Source: Mobula hypostoma (taxonomy: Eukaryota). Taken from it: a stretch of 64,000 nucleotides of DNA. The stretch is taken from NCBI RefSeq assembly GCF_963921235.1, contig NC_086098.1, positions 1-64,000 of the forward strand, read 5' to 3'. Position 1 is the first letter of the stretch, and each line of letters starts with the position of its first letter. The position numbers were made by a program, and so were the translations under genes. Positions 35,962 to 47,371 of this stretch are shown piece after piece. The notes under the pieces were generated by a model. It did no database searches and was not told the origin of the DNA. It saw nothing but the letters and a program-made list of their open reading frames with translations.

Positions 35962-38661
35962 AAACAAAACTGGTGGGGGGGGGAGGGGTTGATGACGAAT
36001 GACAGAGTAGCAAGATATGGAAGCTACTAGCAAGATAGGCAAAAAAGTTGAATTTGACTGTTGACACACACTGCCTGTTGACATTAAGTATATTACTTGT
36101 GCCTGCTTGCTGTGTTAATGACTGCTGAGTTCTGAAAAATATTGACTGGATTGTTGCCATTTGGGTAAACACTTTCAGTGGCACTGTTCTTACCCAGAAA
36201 CCTTTGTGTCACAATGTGTTATTACTGTGAATTGAGCATGCAGGTGCTGAGAGTCTTGGATCCAACTGCTTAATTTTAATTGTCAATTTCTTTGCAGTTT
36301 AACAATTAATTATCTGCTATATATTTTGTAGCCTTTGTTTGCAAAACAGTTTAATATGCCTCTAGTGCTATATGAAGTAGAATTCTGGAGCTTCTTTGAC
36401 TTCATTAATTGAATAAGTGTTTTTGCTTTTGATTAATTTTTACTGTAGTGTTCACTAAGTACTTTTTAATTGGATTATTGTTATCTCTGGATTTAAATGG
36501 ATCTTTTCTTATCTTTTGGTAGAAAAGTGGCTGTTTTATGCTCAGCACCATCTTTAATTCCTTTTTTCTTCATGTAATAGACCCTGCCACTGTTCTGTTC
36601 CTGTTCTGACAATCTTTTAATAAAATGATTGTGAAGCAACAAATTTAATGCCTCACTTCTGACTTTTAAAAGAACCTTGATTTAAACACCAAAGTTCATC
36701 AATTGGCGTAGTGGGCAGGAATTAGAGCTTGGAACAATCCAGAAAAGTAGTAATGACTTTAATGTCCATGTAGAAATTAGATGGCAGAGGGGAAGAAGCT
36801 GTTCCTGAATAGCTGAGTGTGCGCCTTCAGACTTCCATACCTCCTTCCTAATGGTAACGATGTGAAGAGGGCATGCCCTGGGTGTTGCAGATCCTTAACG
36901 ACAGGCCACCACCTTGAAAATGTCTTGGATACTATGGAGGCTGTTACACTTGATAGATAATTTAACAAGTTGCTACAGCTTATTCAGATCTTGTGCAGTA
37001 GCCGCTCACCCCACCAAACAGGCGGTGATGCAGCCAGTCAGAATGCTCTCCATGATACATTTGTAAAAGTTTTTTGAGTATTTTGGTTGGCAAACCAAAT
37101 CTCTTCAAACTCCTACTGAAATATAGCTGTTGTCTTGCCTTCTTTATAGCTGCATCAATATGTTACATCCAGGTTAGGTCCTCAGAGATATTAACACCCA
37201 GGAACTAGAAACTGCACACTCTCTCCACTTCTGATCCCTCTATGAGGATTGATTATGTTCCCTCATTTTACCCTTTCTGAAGACCACAATCAGCTCTTTG
37301 GTCTTGCTGACGTTGAGTGCAAGGTTGTTGTTACAACACTCAACCAATTGGTATATCTCGCTCCTGTACACCCTTTTATCACCATCTGAAATTCTGCCAA
37401 CAATGGTTGTATCATCAACATATTTATAGACGCTACTTGAACTATTCTTAGCCACACAGTCATGGGTTTAGCGAGAGTAGAGCACATCTCTGTGGAACCC
37501 CGGTGTTGATTGTTAGTGAGGTGGAGATGTTATTTCCATTCTTCACAGATTGTGGTCTTCCAGTTAGGAAGTCCAGGATCCAGTTGCAGAGGGAGGTACA
37601 GAGGCCCAGGTTCTGTACCTCTTCAATCAGGGCTATCAGAATGATGGTGTTAAATCTTGACATAGGGTTGCATGGGGAGCCATTGAGATTATGTCTGCTG
37701 TAGACCTATTGTGGCAATTGTCAAACTGCAGTGGGTCCAGGTCCATCCTGAGACAGGTGTTGATTCTAGACATGACCAACCTCTCAAAGCATTTCATTAC
37801 CGTAGATGGGAGTGCTACTGGATGATAGTCGTGAAGGCTGCTCTTCTTGGGCACTGGTATAATTGTTGCCCATTTGAAGCAGGTGGGAACTTCTGACTGT
37901 AGCAGTGAGAGACTGAAAATGTCTTTGAATACTGCCAGTTAGCTGGCACAGGTTTTTGGAGCCTTACCAGGTACTCCATTGGGCCCTGCTGCCTTTTGGT
38001 TTGGGAATGTGCAGTGTTTTCGTAGGCACACACTCATCCACACAGGTTTTAATGAAGTCGGTGACAACTATGGCATACTCATCCAGGCTCGAAGATGACT
38101 CCCTGAACACAGTCCAGTCCACTGATTAAAGCAGTTCTATCAGCGCTCCTGTGCCTCCCTGGTCCATACATTCTTGGTCCACACTTCTAGTGCTGCAGGC
38201 TTCAGTCTCCGCCTATACTCAGGGAATAGAATTACAGTCAGGTGATCAGACTTTACAAAGAGTGGGCATGGAATAGGATGTTAGGTACACTTGAACTTAG
38301 TGCAATTGTGGTTCAGTGTGTTATTTCCTACAGGTGACTTGTTGATAATAATTAGTGATGCATCATGTTGGCCTGGTTAAGATCCCCCAAAATGATGGGT
38401 AAGGCATCAGGATGTGCCGTTTCAAGCCCATTGATTACATCGTTCAGTTAGTCTGGAGCCTGTTTGACATTAGGCTGAGGTGGAATGTACATCGCTACCC
38501 AAAAGATTGCTGAAATCTTGCGTGGCAAGTAAATGGCTGGTACTTAATTGTGAGCTATTCCAGGTCTGATGAGCATTATCGGGATGTCACCAACAAATTA
38601 GTACACCACGAAGAATTGATCATGAGGCATTATCTCCATCTCTGCTTTTGAGAGACTTGAG

Positions 38662-40035
38662 CAAACTAACTGGACCTGTTGCAATTTGCCTTTCGCCACT
38701 ATAGGTTGATGGCAGATGCAATCTCAGTGGCTCTCCATGCGGCTTTAAACCACCGGGACAACACAAACACCTATGTCAGGATGCTGTTCATTGACTATAG
38801 CTCAGCATTTAATACCATCATTCCCACAATCCTGATTGAGAAGTTGCAGAACCTGGGCCTCTGTACCTTCGTCTGCAATTGGATCCTTGACTGCCTAACC
38901 AGAAGACCACAATCTGTGCAGATTGTTGATAACACCTCCTCCTCGCTGATGATCAATACTGGTGCATCTCAGGTGTGTGTGCTTAGCCCACTGCTCTACT
39001 CTCTATATACCCATATCTGTGTGGCTAGGCATTGCTCAGATACTACATATGAATTTGCTGACGATACGACCATTGTTGGTAGAATCTCAGGTGGTGACAA
39101 GAGGGCATATAGGAGTGAGATATGCCAACTAGTGGAGTCGTGCCGCAGCAACAACTTGGCACTTAACATCAGTAAGATGAAAGAGCGGATTGTGGACTTC
39201 TGGAAGGGTAAGACGAAGGAACTCATAGAGGGATCAGAAGTGGAGAGAGTGAGCAGTTTCAAGTTCCTGGGTGTCAAGATCTCTGAGGATCTAACCAGGT
39301 CCCAACATATTGATGCAGTTATAAAGAAGGCAAGACAGTGGCTATACTTTATTAGGCGTTTGAAGAGATTTGATATGTCAACAAATACACTCAAAAACCT
39401 CTGTGGATGTACCGTGGAGAGCATTCTGACGGGCTGCTTCACTGTCTGGTACGGAGGGGCTACTGCACAGGACCGAAAGAACCTGCAGAGGGTTGTAAAT
39501 TTAGTCAGCTCCATCTTGGGTGCTAGCCTACAAAGTACCCAGGACATCTTCAAGGAGTAGTGTCTCAGAAAGGCAGCGTCCATTATTAAGGACCTCCAGC
39601 ACCCAGGGCATGTCCTTTTCTCACTGTTACCATCAGGTAGGAGGTACAGAAGCCTGAAGGCACACACTCAGCGTTTCAGGAACAACTTCTTCCCCTCTGC
39701 CATCCGATTCCTAAATGGACATTGAACCCTTGGACACTATCTCACTTTTAAAAAATATAGGCAACATACATCAAAGTTGCTGGTGAACGCAGCAGGCCAA
39801 GCAGCATCTATAGGAAGAGGCGCAGTCGACGTTTCAGGCCGAGACCATTCGTCAGGAATGCGTTTAAAAAATATAGAGTATTTCTGTTTTTTGCACGGTT
39901 TTTTATTCAATATACGCATACTGTATAAAGTATACGGAATAAGATTTACTTATTTATTTTGTTTTATTTTTCTAATATATTATGTGTTGCATTGAACTGC
40001 TAGCAAATTTCACGTCACATGCCGTTTCTGATTCT
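38662..40035 (+). mobile_element. Rex1/Babar element, 5'-truncated, nested antisense in the previous Rex1
   Basis: ORF 38679-39560 ([24 protein letters not shown]). CTGATTCT tail ends at ~40035. Confidence 0.88.
39761..39862 (-). mobile_element. 102-bp PLE 3'-end insertion consisting largely of the hammerhead
   Basis: 14-bp TSD TTTAAAAAATATAG (39747-39760, 39863-39876). Nearly identical to ~21049-21145. CUGACGA/GAAA/GUC core at 39824-39859. Confidence 0.9.
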
Positions 40036-40674
40036 ATCTTGACGGTGTGTTGTGAATCCGTCTATTCGAATCGCTGCGTACGGCATTGAAAGGGTTAACC
40101 AACAAGGCTTGCGCATTCCTGACGTCCCTCTGATACAGCACCCTATCGCTGAGATCGTCATTTCTGTTTACCAGAGGCTGCACGTTTGCCAGCAAGATAG
40201 CTGGTAGCGGAAGTCGAAAACCTCGTTTTTTTAAAACGCACCATCGGACCAGCACGTCAACCTCTCTTTCGCCGGTGGCTTCTTAAAGGAGCAGCGTGCC
40301 GGCAACAGTCTGGTCTATTTCCGTCGGTTTTAAGAAGCGATAGATCGTTCAATCGCAGTAGAATTTCACCACTGACTGTACACATCACAGATGTATGAAA
40401 AAATTCTAAGGAACAAATCTTTGCATGAACCAAATGAACAAAACAAAAAGTAATTCAGTTGAGTCACACACAAAAAGCTGAGGAACTTGTGTTGGTGTAT
40501 TGCTCTGGATTTCCTGCATCTGTCGAATCTCTTGTAGTTATCATTCGGTTGAAGTGCATTGCTCATGGCGTAGAAGCAAACTGAAACAATGTAAGAAAGC
40601 GCAGTTGCCACGTCAAGGGGAAGGTCCTCCTCCTGACAATACTGCTGGTGCTCCGCCCAGGGACACATTAGTCT

Positions 40675-41146
40675 CCTGAAGCAGTTTCACCATCTGAATT
40701 CCGGGGTTTTACAGCCTATATCAAACAGTCCCCTGAGACGGCTACACCACATGAACTCCGGGATCTTACAGCCTATATCAAACAGTCCTCAGAGACATAG
40801 AAAGTAGATAGAAAACATACAGCACAATACAGGCCCTTCGGCCCACAAAGCTGTGCCGAACCTGTCCCAACCTTAGAACTGCCTAGGCTTTACCTATAGC
40901 CCTCTATTTTTCTAAACTCCATGCAGACATCCAGGAGTCTCTTATTTTCTGCCTCCACCACCTACACCAGCTACACCAAGAATGCCTGGGTATTACAGCC
41001 TATATCAAACAGTCCTCTGAGACAGCTACGCCACCTGAACTTCGGGGTATTATACACAAAATGCTGGAGGAACTCAGCAGGCCAGGCAGCATCTATTGAA
41101 AAGAATACAGTTGATGATTCAGGCCAAGAACCATCGGAACTCCGGG
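40675..41146 (+). repeat. 57-bp tandem repeat (~4 units), interrupted by a CR1 3' fragment (~40797-40960) and a PLE fragment (~41053-41135)
   Basis: ACAGCCTATATCAAACAGTCC at 40711, 40768 and ~40995. Confidence 0.8.
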
Positions 41147-41243
41147 GACACGAGGAATTCTGCAGATGCTGGAAATTCAAGCAACACACATCAAAGTTGC
41201 TGGTGAACGCAGCAGGCCAGGCAGCATCTCTAGGAAGAGGTAC

Positions 41244-41279
41244 AGTTGACGTTTCGGGCCGAGACCCTTCATCAGGACT
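41244..41279 (-). ncRNA. Minimal hammerhead ribozyme (core intact, one stem I mismatch)
   Basis: AGUC-CUGAUGA-AGGGUCUCGGCCC-GAAA-C-GUC-AACU. Confidence 0.75.
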
Positions 41280-42955
41280 AACTGAAAGAAGAGCTAGTAT
41301 GAGATTTGAAAGGGGGAGGGGGAGGGGGAGTGATGGAGCCAACAGCTGGACAGTTGATTGGCAAAAGGGATATGAGAGGGTCATGGGACAGGAGGCCCAG
41401 GGAGAAAGAAAAGGGGGAGGGGGGGAAACCCAGAGGATAGTCCTTACTCTTAATAGTTTCTCCTTTGGCTCCTCCCACTTCCTCCAAATTAAAGGTGTAG
41501 CTATGGGCACCCGTATGGGTCCCAGCTATGCCTGCCTTTTGGTTGGCTTTGTGGAACAATCTATGTTCCAAACCTATTCTGGTATCTGTCCCCCACTTTT
41601 CCTTCGCTACATCGACGACTGCATTGGCGCTGCTTCCTGCACGCATGCTGAGCTCGTTGACTTCATTAACTTTGCCTCCAGCTTTCACTCTGCCCTCAAG
41701 TTTACCTGGTCCATTTCCCACACCTCCCTCCCTTTTCTAGATCTTTCTGTCTCTATCTCTGGAGACAGCTTATCTACTGATATCTACTATAAGCCTACTG
41801 ACTCTCACAGCTATCTGGACTATTCCTCTTCTCATCCTGTCTCTTACAAAAATGCTATCCCCTTCTCGCAATTCCTCTGTCTCCGCCGCATCTGCTCTCA
41901 GGATGAGGCTTTTCATTCCAGGATGTCCTCCTTTTTTAAAGAAAGGGGCTTCCCTTCCTCCACCATCAACTCTGCTCTCAAACGCACCTCCCCCATTTCA
42001 CGCACATCTGCTCTCACTCCATCGTCCCGCCACCCCACTAGGAATAGGGATCCCCTTGTCCTCACTTACCACCCCACCAGCCTCCGGATGCAACATATTA
42101 TTCTCCGTAACTTCCGCCACCTCCAACGGGATCCCACCACTAAGCACATCTTTCCCTCCCCCACCTCTGCTTTCTGCAGGGATTGCTCCCTATGCAACTC
42201 CTTTGTCCATTCGTCCAACCCATCCCTCCCACTGATCTCCCTCCTGGCACTTATCCTTGTAAGCGGAACAAGTGCTACACATGCCCTTACACCTCCTCCC
42301 TTACCACCATTCAGAGCCCCAGACAGTCCTTCCAGGTGAGGTGACATTTCACCTATGAGTCGGCTGGGGTGATATACTGCATCCGGTGCTCCCAATGTGG
42401 CCTTCTATATATTGGCGAGACCCAACGCAGACTGGGAGATCATTTCGCTGAACACCTACGCTCTGTCTGCCAGAGAAAGCAGGATCTCTCAGTGGCCACA
42501 CATTTTAATTCCACGTCCCATTCCCATTCTGACATGTCTATCCACGGCCTCCTCTACTGTAAAGATGAAGCCACACTCAGGTTGGAGGAACATCACCTTA
42601 TATTCCGTCTGGGTAGCCTCCAACCTGATGGCATGAACATTGACTTCTCAAACTTCCACTAATGCCCCACCTCCCCCTCGTACCCCATCCATTATTTATT
42701 TTTATACACACATTCTTTCTCTCTCTCTCCTTCTTCTCCCTCTGTCCCTCTGACTATACCCCTTGCCCATCCTCTGGGTTTCCCCTCCCTTGTCTTTCTC
42801 CCCTGGCCTCCTGTCCCATGATCCTCTCATATCCCCTTTGCCAATCACCTGTCCAGCTCTTGGCTCCATTCCTCCCCCTCCTGTCTTCTCCTATCATTTT
42901 GGATCTCCCCCTCCCTCTCCCACTTTCAAATCTTTTACTAACTCTTCCTTCAGTT

Positions 42956-42991
42956 AGTCCTGACAAAGGGTCTCAGCTCGAAACGTCGACT
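42956..42991 (+). ncRNA. Hammerhead motif with mutated core (probably inactive)
   Basis: AGUC-CUGACAA-AGGGUCUCAGCUC-GAAA-C-GUC-GACU, with a G8A change in the core. Confidence 0.6.
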
Positions 42992-43090
42992 GTAGCTCTT
43001 CCTAGAGATGCTGCCTGGCCTGCTGCGTTCACCAGCAACTTTGATGTGTGTTGCTTGAATTTCCAGCATCTGCAGAATTCCTGTTGTTTG

Positions 43091-43465
43091 AGGATTTCTA
43101 ATGACTGTAGAAACCCCAATCAAGAATGGACAACCAGTGCAAGAACCAATGGATGTCATACACTGTCATCAGAAGTTGCTGTATTAAAATGTAAAAGTCA
43201 CTCCAAAATGACTGCAGTCAAAGGCTATGGAAATGCATTCATGGATGAATCTGCAAAAAAGGCATTTTGGGAAGAAGTAGAGGAAATAAAAGATGTAACA
43301 GGAATGTATATCTTGAACCCAACAACTGGAATTATATAAACAAAGTTGAACTCTGTATCACAGATGAACAAACAAAATTACCTAGCAGAAGTACATTCCA
43401 TGGGACACACTGGAATGCAAAAGATGATCGACATCCTCCTAATGGTGGTGGAATCCAAAGTTCAG
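43091..43465 (+). mobile_element. Endogenous retrovirus pol remnant (RNase H C-terminus to integrase N-terminus)
   Basis: GFLMTVETPIKNGQ, then (frameshift) EVAVLKCKSHSK..GNAFMDESAKKA, then (frameshift) LAEVHSMGHTGMQKM, then WWWNPKF. Confidence 0.72.
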
Positions 43466-44109
43466 GGTATAAATAGAGTCATACAAAAGTACAGGACAGA
43501 AACAGGCCCTAAGTTCCTTAGGGCCATGACTTCAATGATGTCCAACCGCCTTAGGGGCTCCACTCTGGATTTGCTGTCTGGGTTTACTCCCATAGCCTTC
43601 GTTTCTCCTTAGGCTGCCAACAAGGCAATGGGGCTATTTACCCATAGCTGAGGATCTGATTTACAAGCAGCAGGACGTGAACACCCGCAGGTGGACTTGT
43701 ATACTATGAGTGCAGGGGTCAGACCTCCTCCCTGTCCTCTGTAGTTCAGTTTGATTCTGAAAGGAGTTCAGTTTCTGAGTGTCGTTAGCAAAGAGGCACT
43801 ACATGAAGTTTGCTGTTGGAGAGGCTATACATCAGGAGTAAAAGTCTTTACATTACATCTGTCTAAATGTGCAATGGGATCTTATGTTGAAGTGACCAAG
43901 ACTTCACACAATACTCCAAATTAGGCCTCACCATCGTCTTATACAACTTCAACATAAAATCCCATCTCCTGTACTCAATACATTGATTTACAAAGGCCAA
44001 AGTGGCAAAAGCTTTCTTTACGATCCTATCTACCTGTGCGCCACTTTCAATGAATTATGTACCAGTATTTCCAGATCCCTTTGTTTTACCACACTCCTCA
44101 GTCTCCTAC

Positions 44110-46420
44110 CATCTGTTAGGGCACGTTAGGTAGTGAGAATGGCTCCAGGGCTGTGTTTTGTACCAGATAACCTTCAGCTCATACGAGAGGAGGAGGAGGT
44201 GATAGATAGGAGCTACGGGGAGGTAGTCACCCCAAGGTTGCAGGAGACAGGTAATTCGGTGACTGTCAGGAAAAGGGAGGGAAATACACATCCAGTGCAG
44301 AGTATCTCTGTGGCCATTCCCCTCAATAATAAGTAATGTTGAGGGGGACGACCTACTGGAGCGGAGCTGCAATGACTGGGTCTCTGGCACGGAGTCTGGT
44401 GCTGTAGCTCAGAAGAGCAAAAGGTGAAGTGGTGATAGGAGATTCCATAGTCGGAGGAACAGAGATGAGATTATGTGGGTGTGATGGAGATATCCGGATG
44501 GTATGTTGCCTCTCTGCTGCCAGGGTCAGGGATGTCTTGGATTGGGTCCATGGCATTCTAAAGGGAGAGGGTGAGCAGCAAGAAATCTTGGAACATACGG
44601 GTACCAATAACATGGACAGAAAAGGTGAGGAGCTCCTGAAGAGAGATTTTAAGGAGTTAGGTAGAAAGTTGAGAAACAAGGCCTCCAGTGTAGTAATCTC
44701 TGGATTGCTGCCCATGCCATGTGCCAGTGAAGGTAAGAATAGGGCAAATTGGCAGCTGAATGCATGGCTGAGGAACCGGTGCAAGGAGAAGGGGTTCAGA
44801 TTCATGGACCATTGGGATCTTTTCTGGGGAAGGTACGACCTGTACAAAAGGTATGGGTTACACCTAAACCCAAGAGGTGCCAATATCCTTGCGGGCAGGT
44901 TTGCTAGATTTGTTCAGGAACGTTTAAACTAATTTGGCAGGGGGATGGAAACTGGAGTGATAGTGCTGAGGATGAGGTAGTAGGTTTATAAATAGAGGCA
45001 GTGTATATTGAAAATGCAAGCAAGGAGAGGCTGATGATGGGCCAAAACTTGTGGTCGACAGGATGAGTTGCAATGTAAAAGGGGAATAAAATTGAAAAGA
45101 GTGAATACAGGACTGAAGGTTTTATATTGGAATGCACGCAGTATACAAAATAAAGCAGATGAATTCGGTAGCACATTTATAGATTGGCATGTATGATGTT
45201 GCAGGCATCACTGAATCAGGACTGAAAGAAGATTATAACTGGGAGATAAATGTCCAAGGACACACATTGTATTGAAAGGTCAGACAGGTAGGCAGAGGGG
45301 TGGCATGGCTCTGTGGTAAAAAATAAAATTAAATCATTAGAAAGTGGTGACATAGGGACAGAAAGTATTGAGTCATTGTGGGTAGGGCTAAGGAACTGCA
45401 AGGGTAAAAAGACCCTGATGGAGTTGCATTCAGACACCCAAACAGTAGTAAGAATGTGGCCTACAAATTACAATGAGAAATAGAAAATGCATGTCAAAAG
45501 GGCAATGTGACAATAGTCATGGGGAAATTTCAAAATACAGGTAGATCGAGAAAATCAGGTTAGTGCTGAATCCTATAGGAGGGATTTCCAGAATGCCTAC
45601 GAGATGGCCTTTTTAGAGCAGCTCATGGTTGAGCTCACTAAGGTAGATTAAAGGAACCCTGAAGGAAGAGTGATCATAATATAATAGAATTTACCCTGCA
45701 ATTTTTAAGGAGAAGCTAAAGTCAGATGTATCAGTATTACAGCAGACTAAAGGGAATTACAGAGGCATGAAAGAGGAACTGGCCAAAATTGTTTGGAAAA
45801 GAACACTGGCAGGATGATGATAGAGCAACAATGGCTGCAATTTCTGGAAGCAATTCAGAAGGAGCAGGATATTGAATTGAATTAATTTTATTTCTTACAT
45901 CCTTAACATACACGAGGAGTAAAAATCTTTACCTTGTGTCTCCATCTAAATGTGAAATGTGCAATCAGTAATTTTTAATAAATAGAACAGTTAATGTAAC
46001 ATAAAAATATACTCAAATCAGCGTGAGTTAATCAGTCTGATGGCTTGGTGGAAGAAGTTGTCCCGGAGCCTGTTGGTCCTGGCTTTTAGGCTGCGGTACC
46101 ATTTCCTGGATGGTAGCAGCTGGAATAGATTTTGGTTGGGGTGACTCAGGTCCCCAATGATCCTATGGGCCCTTTTTTCACACCTGTCTTTGTAAATGTC
46201 CTGAATCATGGGAAGTTCACAACTGCAGATGCACTGGGCTGTCCGCACTACTCTCTGCAGAATCCTGCGATTAAGGGAGGCATCGCAAAGCGGAAGAAAT
46301 ATTCTAAAGGCAAGATGACACAACCATGGTTAATAAGGTAAGCCAAAGACAACATAAAAACCAAAGAGAGGGCCTATAATAGAGCAAAAATCAGTGGGAA
46401 ATGAGAGGATTGGGAAGCTT
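44110..46420 (+). mobile_element. CR1 ORF1 esterase + decayed endonuclease
   Basis: ORF 44429-44932 (IGDSIV, HTGTN, GLHLNPRG). Downstream LKVLYWNARSIQNK EN start and tether. Confidence 0.88.
45872..46280 (-). mobile_element. Rex1/Babar 3' fragment nested in CR1
   Basis: LQRVVRTAQ..LFQLLPS..RLRDNFFHQAIRL and an ATTGA tandem tail at ~45870-45885. Confidence 0.8.
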
Positions 46421-47371
46421 AAAATTTGGCTGGAGGCGAGGATGCCATCTATTCTCAAGTCTATGTTCCAAGTGTCTCTAGTCTCCATTCCGAGTTTCTC
46501 TAGTCCACATTCCTAGTTCACATACTGAGCTTCTCTAGTCTATGTTCAAGGTTTTTCCATGGTTCTCAAGGTCAACAAGGTTTGCCAGATATCCCATCAC
46601 CTTCAAAGTTTCTGAGGTTTATTCAATGTTCCTCCATTTTATTCTAAGTTATATTCAATTTTCATGCATTTTATTCCATGTTTTTGAGTTTTATTCCATG
46701 TTTCTGACTTGTATTCAATGATTCCAAGTTTTATTCAATGTTTCTTAGGTTTATTGCCAGTGCACACCGGATGATAAGTTTCCATGAGGACCCCCCTCAT
46801 TCTTCTATACTCAGTACAGGCTCAGAGCCATCAAATGCTCTTCATGTGACAACTCTGTCATTCCCAGAATCATTTTAGTGAACCTCCTCTGGACTCTCTC
46901 CAATGTTAGAACTTCTTTTCTTAGCTAAGGCGCCAGTGATCCTTGGCAATGCTCTTCTAGAAAATTGCAATGTTCTTTAGAAACTACTTCTAGATATTTG
47001 GCTGCATCACTGAGTCATGGCTGGAAGAAGATATAGCTCGGAGCTTAATATCCAAGGAACACATTGTAGCAAAAGACCATAAGAGTTGAAGTAAACAACT
47101 CCCATTAAAGTCTTTTTACCCTTGCAGTTCCTTAGCCCCATCCACAATGATTCACCACCCTCTGACCCAATGTCACCTCTTTCTAATGATTTGATTTCAC
47201 TTTTACCAACAGAGCCATGCTGTCTCCTCTATCTTTCTTTCGATTCAATGCGTATCCTTGGACAATAAGCCCCCAGCTATAATCTCCCTTCAGCCTCGAT
47301 TCAGTGCTGAATCTGCAACTGTATTACAAGTTCATCTACCTTATTCCGTATATTACATGCATTCAAATATA

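Larger units (their letters stand above)
36750..40360 (-). mobile_element. Rex1/Babar-clade non-LTR element, near full length, decayed
   Basis: N-terminal LPAILLANVQ..(40255-40034) resumes at ~38660. RT pieces ([29 protein letters not shown]) and C-terminal GHALF..LPLGRRY..RNSFFPSAI. Confidence 0.85.
41148..43088 (+). mobile_element. Penelope-like element with inverted 5' terminal repeat, frameshifted RT/GIY-YIG
   Basis: Arm 41148-41438 is the reverse complement of the 3' repeat (~42770-43088). Body 41439-42662 has GVAMG, RYIDD and IYCIRC..LYIGET. Same family as 21016-23852. Confidence 0.93.

Noticed and set aside
40921..43339. 472-aa and 225-aa ORFs as novel fusion proteins
   Set aside because: Chance read-through across CR1 scrap, tandem repeat, PLE repeat/RT and ERV relic. 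The recurring AAGQAAS/DAAWPAAF peptides are translations of the non-coding PLE repeat.
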